Source: Laetmonice hystrix (Eukaryota). From it: a stretch of DNA of 64,000 bases. The stretch's first letter is position 1. Each line of letters starts with the position of its first letter. Both the position numbers and the translations under genes were made by a program. The stretch covers positions 14,198,001 to 14,262,000 of the forward strand of contig OZ249437.1 of NCBI GenBank assembly GCA_965235115.1, written 5' to 3'. The notes under the pieces are model-generated. The model did no database searches. It had not been told where the DNA came from and worked only from the letters and a program-made list of their open reading frames with translations. This document shows positions 24,101 through 39,557 of the stretch, piece after piece.

Positions 24101-26616
24101 ATATGGCACCCCCCCCCCCCCCCCGAATGGCACTGGCAGATAGAATGTGCATAACAAACCTGTAGTGTTTTAATGAATATTTACAGCAACCCGATGCCTA
24201 GTGGCAGAGTCAATAGAAAATTTATGGACAATTATTGATCGATGTTGTAACAGGTGTCTGACTAGTGACTACATGCACATTACAGACAGTAAAACCATTT
24301 AACTGTTGAACCTGGACTGACAATCATATAATACTGGCTGTTATTATCCCCATGTCCCGCGACCTCATCCGATCAGCACAGCTCACACCATCCAGGTGCA
24401 TTGTTTGAGTGGGACACTCCTCCATAGAATCCGGACCCACATGGAGGGGGGGCGCTGAATTACATTTTTACTTCTTTCAATAAATTCCATCTTTGCTGAA
24501 TGGCCTAAAATTTTCTTCATTATTTCATAGTTTAATCTGCCTTGAGCATCTGCTCAGAGAATAAGCACTCAGTCACTCTGGAGACTTGTTTGTCCCTGTG
24601 CAACTTGACATTTGGGTCAGTGATGGCCGATTCCTAACGCCCGACGCAAGTTAATTGCATGGTCGGGCAAGTCCAACAGACCAAAGACAATAGCCCGATG
24701 GCTAGTGCTCTGACCCAACATAGACACAGTGGCTTAAGTCTGTGAACTGCCGTGACGTCACGGGTAAGAATATAGATATAGAATCCCCCACGGCCGTATC
24801 ACTCCCACACCATAGCATTATGAAAACGGAAGTCCTTCCACCAGACTATTCGGCAGCCTACTGACTTGTGCCGACTTAGTAACAAGTATAGAGGGCACAT
24901 GGATGTCAGAGCCGGGGAAGTGGAATTTTGTAGTCCATTTGCCCTGTGGCAAGTGATTAATTTGAAAAATCGGCCAATCCTGTGGGTGCTCATCGAGTAT
25001 CTCATGGGATGCTCATGCAGGGGGGGGGGGGGGTTTGCCAAACAAAACCCGTTTTGTATATATAGATCTAGCACTTACCCCAGTTCACTTCATGCCTTGT
25101 ATTCTTAAAGAGCTTTTAATGACTGTGTGGAAGGGGTTTTTCACATGTTTTAGCAATGTCATAAAGGTAGGAATGCTTGCATCTGTTGTTTTCACAAATC
25201 TCTCAGCTCAGATATCATTGTTCAATACAACGTCATGACACAGTGAGTGTAAACCGGATGGAGCTGTACATTTACTGCTTATACGCAAACACTGAATTTT
25301 TTTGACCTGTGCCGTATATAATAAATACTCCTAATCGCGTTTGCAACACATCATGTTGCTATTGTATAAAAAAGTGTTTTTGCTTTGTTTTGTGTTGTGG
25401 CGGTGCCTTTGCCACCGACGATTGTGACACCCCCTAACGTTAGAATGCAGCATCTATGCTCGACCGTATGTCGACTGTCAGTGAGATGCTTAGTCGGAAT
25501 CAGCCATCCTACATTCCTACTCGCTATTTGGCGCTTTTTATTTAGGGATTTTTGCCCATGCAATTCTTAAAAGAGGCAATATGGAGCCAAATACATCAGT
25601 ATTACATGCCAGATAAATGGATTGATTAATTTTTGAGTCGTTACGACAGCTTAAAGCTGCACTGTCCTCGTAATCTGTAGGCCAACAGAATTGAACGGTT
25701 GTAACGGTGTCTGCTCGGCCCACAAAGCCTGATAGAGGACAGAAAATGGCAAAACTCCAGCAAAACATAGGACGGGTATCTCTTTTGCCATTTGAGGACA
25801 GTACAGCTTTAACTACAGGGTCAGAACTGTCTTTATTTTGGACTCGGTTTACGACATCGTCGTACAGGTTTTTAAATGCACGACATCAGGGACCTTACTA
25901 AAGCCCTTTTGCGTGTCGTGCCCGACACGCTTAAATTATTGGCGACACGCTTTCAGTTTCAGCGACACTTTACTCAGAGCAAGCGACAATTAGGTGTGCT
26001 GATTTTCATTTTACCCGTGGCAGCGTGCCAAAGCAGTTGAGCACTTCATTTCTATCCTAGAGTAGACAGATCTCTGGACATCGGTTGTGAAACGCAACTT
26101 GTGAGTCTTGTTGTTATAATTTGACACAGTCTATGACAAACTTAACGCACGACAAGGGACGAGAAACGCACCCCAGTTTAGTTAAATTTATGAGAGAACA
26201 AATCATACATAGCCAACACAACAGGAACGAAATCACACCCCGTTGGGGTTGCACAATAAAATTTATTTATTTGAATTATTATGTAACCAACACCCACTCA
26301 TTCCAGATACTCTGTGACTGTGCCCACACCGATGGCGACTAGTTGTACAACTCTTCCGAGTCCCACAAGCCAGGCACGACTCTTCGAACCAACCATGCTA
26401 ACCTGCTAACGTTATTTACTTTTCTTTTCCTCGACTACTCCAGCTAGGGCGGCCCAGCCGTAGAACCTGCACAGACACACTGCCACTGCCGCACTGGACA
26501 CTGTCACTCCACCCATAGAATAGATCTAGAGGTCTACTTACGTTTCCTCCTTCCTTGGAGACTTTACGCGACCAGGTTATATTGCCCACGACTCTCCTTC
26601 TCTTCTTGCCAACCAT
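12188..26616 (-). CDS. MFSD14A: MFS transporter MFSD14A/B (HIAT1, hippocampus abundant transcript 1), 12 exons, 498 aa
   Basis: Exons 26542-26616, 22473-22568, 18033-18095, 17639-17766, 17312-17426, 16883-17101, 16386-16499, 15919-15990, 15591-15703, 13012-13109, 12631-12809, 12188-12412. All introns are GT-AG with consistent phases; total 1497 nt. Diagnostic peptides include SVYHALVVIFLEFFSWGLLT, FLMNGLIQGVKGLLSF, ALSDVWGRK, VSATFAASLVTSPAIGAYL, ISWEKADPF, FLSYLPEAGEYS, GIRGLCNGLGPA and PGPPFAFGA. A versus B paralog cannot be resolved. Confidence 0.96.
13854..14629. mobile_element. Outer copy of a ~379-bp MITE (TIR TAGA(G/C)CCAGTCAA(T/A)TTCCG(C/T)GATC), 6-bp TSD CCTGTG
   Basis: TSD at 13848-13853 and 14630-14635. 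The empty site (gctacctgtggctgcc) is visible in neighbouring repeat units. Confidence 0.95.
14037..14427. mobile_element. Inner, inverted 391-bp copy of the same MITE, 6-bp TSD GGGATG
   Basis: TSD at 14031-14036 and 14428-14433. By eye it matches the outer copy except for a 12-bp internal duplication (ccttccgcgatt). Confidence 0.95.
20077..21115. mobile_element. ~1.04-kb non-autonomous DNA transposon carrying a frameshifted Ulp1/SUMO-protease (C48)-like fragment
   Basis: Imperfect TIRs gagtatagatgttacgc-ccat / rc gagtgtctatgttacgcgccat and subterminal repeats of cccatttgcaaatggg at both ends. Internal + strand peptide ...EDLTINVIMNV / KQSSDCGVFALAFAKTLLLGQDPCEQSY...RQHLTKHLPNGTLPPFP at ~20270-20510. 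Confidence 0.75.
23735..23935. repeat. Minisatellite, ~29-40-bp unit (gggcccagtggtcaggtttgg...tgtaacct)
   Basis: About 6 degenerate tandem copies in MFSD14 intron 1. Confidence 0.85.
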
Positions 26617-26699
26617 TATTTAGAATCATCGACAAACACTCAATAACATTGTCTTTCTCTACTGTAAGAAATATCCGATCGTCACTCATCCGCCATTAC

Positions 26700-26780
26700 T
26701 ACAGAGAAGAATGACGTCAGACAGCTCCGCACCAAATGGCCTGATCACCCACAATGCAACACTGGTCGCGCCCAAAAGTT
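26700..26780 (-). promoter_or_regulatory. Putative MFSD14 proximal promoter with a CRE, a ZNF143/Staf-like site and a weak E2F-like site
   Basis: TGACGTCA at 26712-26719, CCCACAATGCA at 26748-26758 and rc TTTTGGGCGCGA at 26766-26777, all 100-160 bp upstream of the ATG. Motif matches only. Confidence 0.45.
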
Positions 26781-26785
26781 GAGCC

Positions 26786-27146
26786 CGCCGGTGTCGCGGT
26801 CTCAGATCTCCGTGGTCTCAGATCTCCGGGAGGTTAGCTACATAGGCCTAGCCGTGTGTTCTAGTCTAACTATCCAAAATAAAATAACTATCCAAGTCCC
26901 AGTTGAGTCACACGTAATAACTCTCATCTCCTCTGCGATATTTGGTTGACAATTTACCTATCCAGACTGTCGTTTATTCTTGTTTGGAAGAAAACTCCAC
27001 TGCCCATCGGATAGCAGACGACCGGAGGTGTGAGCCCAAACTGTGACACGCGCGTGCTCACTTAGTCAGATTTAGCATCTAAACAATAGGAAACCATGCC
27101 CCCGGAGTGCTGAGACCAACGGAGATCTGAGACCGCGACACCGGCG
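26786..27146. mobile_element. 361-bp element with perfect 26-bp TIRs (CGCCGGTGTCGCGGTCTCAGATCTCC)
   Basis: TIR at 26786-26811 and inverted at 27121-27146; no TSD recognised. Confidence 0.7.
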
Positions 27147-29670
27147 TCAGCAGATCTGTTTTGGTGGACGGCTGCTTCGATAGGCCTACACACGTGCCTT
27201 TGCTGTCGTTCGTTTTGAAAAAAGAACTAAAAATAGATAGAGTTGGAGTTCCGTATCACTAGTGCGGGTTATAAGCCTACCGGGGCAGAAGGGTCAGGAA
27301 ATATTCTGAAAAATGCATTTCAAGTTTTTTGCTTCTAAAGGCCTATCCCCCCCCCCCCCCCCAAAAAAAATGATAGTCTCTTGGTTCCATTGTCAAAAAG
27401 AGATAGGCCCTAAGTAGTCGTTGTGATGCGTGACCCTGTTAACACCAAACCACAGATTACCCCATGCTATAGGCCTCTAGATGTGACCAAAGTTGCTGAG
27501 AGTTAGGCCTATCTAAGGCTAAGCCTAAGGGGATCAAACTTTATCTGTTCAACTTCAACTTCAAAATTCAAAATTCGACAATCCTCTAAAATAGCCTATC
27601 TAAGTGTAGGCCACTACTCACTAGGCCTATAGCACACCTAAAGTTAGACTATCATTTTTGGGGGGTAGGCCTATACTGTAGATCTAGAGATGAAAAACGA
27701 TTGCCTCGAGGCTTTAATTTTAAAGCTGAGGACCTTTTCAGGACCAGAAAAGGTCTCTTCGCCCGGTTAGTCTCGCTAGGCCGGAGGAGTGACGTAGCAA
27801 GACGTCAAGTCAGTGGGGGAGGGGGGAGGGGCTCTTTTTGGTTGGGGGCTGAAGGTTGTGGCGAATGCTTAATAATAAATGTAGGCTACCAGAAATTACA
27901 ATAGTCTAATAGTAAATACTATAGTAGGCCTAATACATCCTAAATTTGGTTTTTCCCTGTAGGTGTAGACCTCTATTCCGATGTAGATCTAGGCCTAGTG
28001 ATCGGCCTAAAAATGAAATCATTGTTTGTTAGGCCAATTTGCCTAGAATAGTAGGCCTTTAGCTACTAGGTGAATATTCCCAACCCCGATAGCCTGAGGC
28101 CTAGGCCTATACCCAAATGTTAGGGGGGGCTGAAACACACTTCAGCCCCCCCCCCCACTTTTGATATTGGGGGGGGGGGGGGGCTGACGCCCCCTGCCCC
28201 CCGGTTCCTATGCCTAGATCTATATTGCATATTATAAGATTGCATATTAGGCCTAGATCTATAGCATATAGTCTTTTAATAATTTGTCCAAGATCCGGTC
28301 CACTTGAAACTGCCGGGCAACAACCTGAGGCCTAGCCTACTAGGCCCCCTAGGTGTGTACGGGCCTATTGCCCACGGCCTGGAGGAGGTCGTGGCACCCT
28401 TCGTTAGCCCGGCTGGGCCGCAGTGGGCCGGAGGAGTGACGTAGCAAGACGTCATGTTTTCAAGTTCGAGTTTATGAATGAAATAGATCTATATGAAAAT
28501 CGTGTAGGTTGATGACCTTGTGTGTATTGCCCACGACCTGGAGGAGGTCATCCCTTCGTTAGTTCCGCTAGGCCGGAGAAGTGATAAACAAGACGCCCCC
28601 GGCGGGTGAAACGCCCCCTTGTGTTAACTCAGTTATTAATCCTTGAGTTGGGATTCCCTAGCGGTTATTTTATGCACTAATTGACGTAGTGTTGACGCCA
28701 GGCCATACTTGAAACGATTTGAGATATTTTAGGCCCTAACTAAAATTCAACATAGGCCTAACAGGTTGGAAGGTCCACATTCAAAGGAAACGAAAAGAAC
28801 AAAATTATAAAGGGAATCTGCCAGGCTTTTATGGCTTGGATATAGCCTAGGCCCCTTGGAAGTCTGGGGGTGGGGCAAGATGCCTCATAGTCATAGGCTA
28901 CTGGAGGCACGACGACCCTTTGTAATTTTATCCTAAATAGCCTATATAATTTTTTTTAATGTTAGCAATGTGTAGTAGCTAACATAGGGTATGTTTCTTT
29001 ACACAAAAGAACTAGGCTACTCATTCTGAGAACAGGAGACGGCCTGGCAATGCTTTGACGGCGCCTTGCCCCAGCCTACTCTAATACGGTGTAGGCCTAC
29101 CAACAACTGCAAAAATATTGTGGCGACCCTCGATGGCCTGCCACTGCAGGGAAGGGTCTGCCTTGTAGGCAATCGGGGGTTTTGGGGAGTGATGTTGATT
29201 CCCCGGCACATTTTCTTCTTCTAAAGTGTTCTGACTTCTAGTTGTGTTCGCTGCCTCTAAAAGGGAGAGACTTTGTGGCGGCTAAATTGGGAGAGTAGGG
29301 GGGGCATAAGAACACAATATTGTTTTAACATAGGCCTAATAATATGGAAGTACACAATGTATTGTGACGTAAAACACATGATCTGCCTGGAGTGGTCGTT
29401 TTGGGAGGCCCCACCCACAATACACCCACGTGCCACGCATTCTCAGAACGTTCAATACAGCAGCGCCTACTGGCGGGACTTTTATGAAACCTTGAAAGCT
29501 GAAACGATTCCTTTGACAATTCACTTAGAATCTGCAGGAAATCCGGTCATCATTTCAACCTTTGATTTCTTAACTCCCTCTTGACATGCGATATAAGCAT
29601 TATTTCTTTCGTTGCTTTAAGGGTTTGAAGTGCCAAACCGAAGCGAAGTTCCACCGCTGCCGATGAATCG

Positions 29671-29820
29671 TGATTAGTTCCATAATTCCCGCGCTAGATG
29701 GCACGGAAAAGGGTGCTGCATCTATCCTTTTGACTTGGAACTTAATATTAGTTCAGAGTTAAAACGATAGATGACAGCACCATATTCAGGGCCATCTAGC
29801 GGGTATTATGGAACTAATCA
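29671..29820. mobile_element. 150-bp inverted-repeat element (MITE or transposon subterminal remnant)
   Basis: tgattagttccataattcccgcgctagatggc ... gccatctagcgggtattatggaactaatca (~30-bp near-perfect IR). Confidence 0.6.
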
Positions 29821-30536
29821 GTGGTCGCCTGTGGCGTTACTGTTGCTGCATGGTTTCAGAGTTTGGCGTCCTCTTATTCTTGGAGTAATAAAAGTTGAAT
29901 TTGAGACAAGTGTTTAACTTCTATGACCTTTCGAAGTTAAGTGGCCCATCCTGCCCCTAGTTCGCTATAGGGAGTTATTCACCTTCTGGAACGATATAGG
30001 CCTAAAGAATGTTAAACCCACTAATCAGGAACAGATTCAAACAATAATGTAGGCTATTTGGAATAACAATTCATGTGCTTATTGGGGGTCTGTGGTACAA
30101 ATTTCAGATAAATAGATCAAAACATCTACAAATAGGCCTAGGGCCATTTCTAAAAATTTGTGTAAAAAAAAATGCAATGCAGGACCAGGGGTGCGTTCCT
30201 CATCTGTCGTTATCTTGTCGTGCGTTAAAATCCCCATTGAAAATACATTGGAGTTAACGATACGACAAGCTAACGACATAATGAGGAACACCCCCCCCCC
30301 CCCCCCCGGGGTCATTAGCGTGAAGCCGTGTGCAGGTCTTAACTGGCAACTGGTTTAAACTGACCACAGTTGTCAGTTTAGATCCAGGTATAAACTGACA
30401 AATAGTGATTACTAGCCGCTGAAATGGTAATCACTAATTTGAACTGATTCAGATGATGACAGCACTAAACTCTGTGAAGGGCACTGTAAAAATAAAGGTT
30501 CAACTTATGATTTTCTCTAATAATGCTCGACAAAAA

Positions 30537-32607
30537 GGCCAGTCAATACATGTAGGGAGCCCTCACTCTCGTATTTGCTCAAGTATAAAGCCAGTCAGTC
30601 CATGTGGGCAGCCCTCACTTTAGTGTTAGCTCCAGTCTAAGGCGGGTCAATACATCTAGAGAGCCCTCACTGTAGTGTTTGCTCGAGTATAAGGCCAGAC
30701 AGTACCTGCTGGGAGCCATCACTGTAGTGTTTGCTCGAGAATAAGGCCGGTCAATACATCTAGAGAGCCCTCACTGTAGTGTTTGCTCAAGTATAAGGCC
30801 AGTCAGCCCTCACTGTAGTGTTTGCTCCAGCCCAAGGCCAGTCATTACATGGAGGGAGCTCTCACTCTAGGGTTTGCTCGACAAAAAGGCCATACATGTA
30901 GGGAGCCCTTACTGTAGTATTTGCTCGAGTATAAGGCCAGTCAGTCCATGTGGGCAGTCCTCACTGTAGTGTTAGCTCCAGTCGGAAGCCGCTTTCACAT
31001 GCATACGGTGTGCGGCGTGCGGCATGCGGCGTGCGTTTTTGTTAATAATGTAGCCAATGTAAATCGCCGCACACCGCAAACCGGGGGCATGTGAACGGTT
31101 ATATCTATTTTCAGTTGTTCCATTTCTGCAAAAACGCAGACCGCACGCCGCACGCCGCACGCCGCAAACCGTGTGCATGTGAAAGCGGCTTAAGGCCGGT
31201 CAATACATCTAGACAACGCCCACTGTAGTGTTTGCTCGACAATAAGGCCAGTCAATACATGTAGGGAACGCTCACTGTAGTATTTGCTCGAGTATAAGGC
31301 CAGTCAGTCCATGTTGGCAGCCCTCACTGTAGTGTTTGCTCCAGGCAGAGGCCAGTCAATACATGTAGAGTGCCCTCACTCTAGTATTTGCTCGAGTATG
31401 CCGCCACGCAATACATGTAGGGAGTCCTCACTGTAGCGTTTTCTCAAGTATAAGGCCAGTGAATACTTGTATGTAGCCCTCACTGTAGTGGTTGCTTCAG
31501 TCTAAGCTCAGTCAATACATGTTGAAAGCCCTCACTGTAGTGGTTGCTTCAGTCTAAGCTCAGTCAATACATGTTGAAAGCCCTCACTGTAGTGTTTGCT
31601 CGACAATAAGGTCAGTCAATACATGTAGGGAGCCCTCACTGTAGCGTCTGCTTCAGTCTAAATTTAGTCAATACATGTAGAGCCCTCACTGTAGTGTTTC
31701 CTCGAGTATGACGCCAGTCAATAATGTAGAGAGCCCTCACTGTAGTGTTTGCTCCAGTCTGAGTCCGGTCAGAACATCTAGAGAGCCCTCACTATAGTGT
31801 TTGCTCGAGTTTGACGCCAGGGAATACATGTAGAGAGCCCTTACTGTACTGTTTGCTCCAGCCCAAGGCCAGTCAATACATGTAGCCAGCCCTCACTGTA
31901 GTGTTTGCTCGAGTATAAGGCCAGTCAATACATGTAGGGAGCCCTCACTGTGGTGTTTGCTCCAGGCAGTTGCCAGTCAATACATGTAAAGTGCCCTCGC
32001 TGTAGTTTTTGCTCGAGTATAAGGCCAGTCAGTACATGTAGGGAGCCCTCACTGTAGGGTTTGCTCCAGCCCACGGCCAGTTATTCCATGAAGGGAGCCC
32101 TCAATTTAGTGTTTGTTCGATAATGAGGCCAGTCAATACATGTAGGCAGCCCTCACTGTAGTGTTTGCTCGAGTATAAGGCCAGTCAGATCATGTGGGCA
32201 GCCCTCACTGTAGTCTTTGCTCCAGGCTGAGGCCGGTCAATACATCTAGAGAGCCCTCACTAGTGTTTGCTCAAGTATGACGCCACTCAAAACATATAGG
32301 GAACCCTCACTGTACCCTCTGCTCCAGCCCAAGGTCAGTCATTACATGAAGGGAGCCCTAACTGTAATGTTTCCTCGACAATAAGGCCAGTCAATACATG
32401 TAGAGTGCCCTCACTGTAGTGTTTGCTCGAGTATAAGGCCAAACAATACTTGTAGAGAACCCCCACTGTAGTGTTTGCTCGACAATAAGGCCAGTCAATA
32501 CATGTAGGGATCCCTCACTCTAGTGTTTGCTCCAGTTTGGGGCAAGTCAATATGTGTAGAGAGCCATCACTGTAGTGTTTGCTTGAGGATAACGCCAGAC
32601 AGTACAT
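30537..32607. repeat. Degenerate ~52-bp satellite (ccctcactgtagtgtttgctcgagtataaggccagtcaatacatgtagggag), ~35 units
   Basis: ctcactgtag recurs at ~52-bp intervals; interrupted by the MITE at 30986. Confidence 0.95.
30986..31191. mobile_element. Harbinger/Tourist-like MITE inserted in the satellite
   Basis: 24-bp TIR aagccgctttcacatgca(t/c)acggt. Right flank TAA matches the empty site (cagtctaagg); left flank reads GGA (degenerate). Confidence 0.8.
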
Positions 32608-33836
32608 GTTCAGTACGAATTCTTAAGAGACAAGTGAAAAGACAGAAAGCTAAAATAATAAGTTCGAAGGAGTCTTGGAGATTCAGACAATCCAACAGTG
32701 AGTGATGCCTATTATAGGTTACTGTCATTACTACGGCAGTACTATACGGCTACACCACGGAATACAAACTGCACAGACTTTGGTGGTGGTTCACGTTTCC
32801 CGCTGAACAGGACCATTTACAAGAAGAAATGAATGTCTAGTATAGTTAACAATAGATGGCTAATCCAGTTCCTCTCAGTCTGCAATTAGTTTTGGTGTCG
32901 AGACTTACTGTTCATCTGTGGTAGTTATGCAAGCCGATGGAAACCACAATATTACATACTTTTCAGTGTAAGTTGAAATATCCCGTGGCTTATAAATTGC
33001 ATTTCCCCATATATGCTACCATATGTTTGGGTGAAAAAGGATTGGATATACTATTCTTTTGTGCTTAATCTGAAGGGAAGCTTCTTCTAATATTCAATTT
33101 CTCAATCTTATAAGAAGGGAATAGAAGAATATCAACTTTTGAAAGGATACTTTTAATCACAGTTTACAACTGTTGACGCATATGGTGAATCACTCACACA
33201 AACGTAGCTTGATGTTCATCATTATTTATCTTAAAATATTGAACCTGAAATTGAGCACACAACCTTTTACCTACAATAATAAACATGATATCTGATATCA
33301 TTCTCTGTTTATTTTGTCTGTACACAAGCATGTCTTTTCCCTTTTTTAAGTCCTGGATTAACAATATTTGATGTATTATGTGTTCCCTACTTGATGACCT
33401 ATAACTCAGTGAGACACTGGTTTACAACGTATCTTTTCCTTGCAGCAAAAGAAATGTACAAGCACTTCAACTCATCAGATTTCTCATAATAGTATTATAA
33501 ATGCATCAGTAAAATTTGTCGAGTGTCTTGCGCCTAACAGGTAATCCCTTCCTGGAATCTATGGAGGAGCCCGACTGTTGTCGCATGAACATGTATCGAT
33601 CAACAACCTGATTATAATCCAAATTCGCAGTGTATTATTTAGAAGACCCTCTGATGACTCTTCACTTTCAATTTCTTCACCGATCAAATTAATCCAAGCA
33701 ATTTCTTTGGATTCGGTAATTAGTCAAACTAAGATAATAGCCGTTGCCAGGTAAATATGCTATAAGGAGCCCTCTTGGCGGTTCCCCATCATGGCTTCCA
33801 TCCGTAATTTCCCCTACTACTAGAAGAATAAATAGC

Positions 33837-35846
33837 CATCCTACTTAATATACCTCTCAGTGAGCTATCATTTCATGGTGGCAGCGAAGCTAAACATCTG
33901 TGTTCCTGAGAATGAGTGATGGTTATGTCTGACAAGGCCTGAAACTGTTAGTAGAGCCTTTATTCACCCCTGCAGTCTGCATAATATTATCTGACACTCT
34001 TTCGCGACTACCCAGCACCAAAGAACGTACAGAGGTTCAACTGGACGCGAGGGTTGACGAAATCTCACTTGACCTGATTGACTTTAGCCCCATGAAACAG
34101 CAGGAGCTGCGGAACGATACAGGCAACAACCCAGTGCTTAATGCACTAGCACAGGTCATACACCAAGGATGGTCTGAGAAAATGACAGACCTACCGACTG
34201 ATCTCCGCTCATACTGGTCATACAGGGATCAGCTTGGAATCGAAGATGGAATTCTCTTCAAGGGAAGACAGGTCATCATACCAGAGACTATGAAAAGCTC
34301 GATCCTCGACCTACTACATCATGGTCACCAAGGAATTGAAAAAACTAGACTGCTGGCACGCCAGTCAGTTTACTGGCCGAAGATCAATGAGGACATTGAA
34401 AAGATGGTTAAGAAGTGTGTGGCTTGCCAGGAGCTCCAGGAAAACAACCCCAAGGAACCAATGATTCCAAGGTCTTAAGGACAGACTTGTTTGAAATTAG
34501 GGGGAAACACTTCATTATGTTGTCTGACTACTTCTCCAAATTTCCCATTGTGAAGGAGATACAGAGCCCAGTAACATCAGCAGCAGTCACTAAGGTAGTT
34601 GAAGAAGCTTGCTCTCTGTTTGGGCGTCATGGGCCCGGTTCACAAACAAAGTCAAGTCAATTTTAATTGACTTGAAGTCAATTTTACTTGAATCTGATTG
34701 GTTAAAATGGATTTCAAGTTAATTAAAATTGACTTGACTTTGTTTGTGAACCGGGCCCTGACCAGATAAGATCGGATAAGATAAGTCCACAGTATGCAAG
34801 TGTGCATTCCAAGGCATTCTGCCGAGAATGGGGTATCAAACATATACATCTTAACCCCACTATGCTCAATCAAATGGATTCATTAAGCGACAAATGAAAT
34901 GGATAAAACCTATCCTCAAGAAGTGCATCAAGACATCACAGAATATCCGGTGAGCACTACTAAACATCCGAGCAACGCCCTTTGATGCGAAACTACCATC
35001 ACCAGGTGAGCTGCTCATGAAAAGAGAGCTAGCCACTGGCTAGCATCCAAATGAGATCGATGAAAACATCAAGAAGCATCTGGAAGAATGCTCAGAAAAA
35101 AGTAAAGCCTATTATGATCAAAGTGCCCAAAGGTACGATCTACCACCACTCTATCCTTGACAAGCCAACGAAAACATGGTGTCCTGGCACTATCCTACGG
35201 CAGTGCGAGGAGCCCAGGTCGTATGAGGTTGGGCATAGATGTAGAGTACTCTACGTCTATGGGTTGAGACAGTGGATGGGAACAAGATACGCGGCAACAG
35301 AAGGCACCTACGAGAAACAACTGCACCACCACTGTCACCTGTCAAAAACAGAACGAACATGGTAGAACCGGACAGAACCATCATGGCCACACCTGGGAGT
35401 GACTGCCCACCAGAAAAGCCGCTTGAAGGAGCAGAAGCAGTACCTAAGGAAACGCCAAAGTCTCCCCCTGAAGTGCTGAAAACGAGAGTGGGCTGCGTTG
35501 TTAAAGGGAGGGTAAACACACACGGCAAATAAGGTTTCGTAGACCAAATGCAACACCAGCATTTACCTCAGGGCAATAAATGCCACAATTACATTGTCTG
35601 AATGAAGTAATAACGTGTGACTGCCCGATGTGTGACGCCGCTGGTTCTGACCTTGACCTGCTTGTGTGTTCATCAGAGCCGAATGCTGCACACCGTGGCA
35701 TATTGTGTAACATTATGTGTTACTCTGCTCAGAGACCTTGTCTACACGATGTTTGGAGTCCCAACGTTTGTAAACGTCCGAGGTGATGAACACACAAGCA
35801 GAGCAAGCATCCTACTTAATATACCGCTCAGTGAGCTATCATTTCA
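33837..35846 (+). mobile_element. Internally deleted Ty3/Gypsy LTR retrotransposon relic (K02A2.6-like integrase region)
   Basis: ORF 34092-34478 has the integrase HHCC zinc domain (LHHGHQGIEKT...VYWPKINEDI...CVAC). Frameshifted core follows (TDLFEIRGKHFIMLSDYFSKFP). A 39-bp direct repeat ending in CA lies at 33837-33875 and 35808-35846 (38/39 identical), and PBS TGGTGGCAGCG at 33876-33886. Confidence 0.9.
34631..34758. mobile_element. 128-bp MITE with perfect 38-bp TIRs inserted into the Gypsy integrase
   Basis: gggcccggttcacaaacaaagtcaagtcaattttaatt and its reverse complement; interrupts the LFGR.DQIRSD motif. Confidence 0.9.
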
Positions 35847-36424
35847 GTGACCAGTTTACCTTCCCTTTAACCCTGCATTTAAAAATTACTCCCATTCTTA
35901 ATCTTGAACAAAAATAAATATATTTACTCAGTAATACAGTTAGTGAAATCTTATAATCACTATAACAACGTTATCACAGAAATCTTTTATGACTCAAACT
36001 TTCAACTAGCGAGTTGAATAATGTAACGTCTGGAGGGACGTTATGGTACTTAATTAAACGATAGAGCCCAAGACACATTCAATCTTGTGTAATTTGATAT
36101 GATGGATCCTAATTGCAGTGACATCCACTGTCGTAAAGTTGAACTACAATTGCACATAGCCCCTTCATATGGCTTCTAATACATTTGGAATATTTGCATA
36201 CTAATTACAGCTTTAAAGACATCAAATACAGGTAGACTTTTTTGCAAATATAGGCAAACTATACCTACTTTGTTCAGAAATGTATCTCACTAAGAAACAA
36301 ATATGTATTGCTGTTCTGACTGGCACATTGCTAGTGGTAACTTTTCGACCCATGAGAGGTAACCTCTAATACGCCATGTAACAGTGTGACCAATTAATTA
36401 GGAGTTCTTCTCGAAAGGTGATAA

Positions 36425-39370
<2,946 letters not shown>

Positions 39371-39557
39371 CTGTAAGAAAAGACAAAAACCATTATACAC
39401 CATTGTCAAAGGATTCTTTTTCCTGGGCTCTATTTTAATAGTGAATGCTATGATACTCGTACTATAGCGCGTGTCACCAAGTTAGGAACTAAAACATCAT
39501 GTTGCCCTGACATTTTTTGTGCCGGTGCTAATATCTCAGCAACTATTGGGTCTACAG

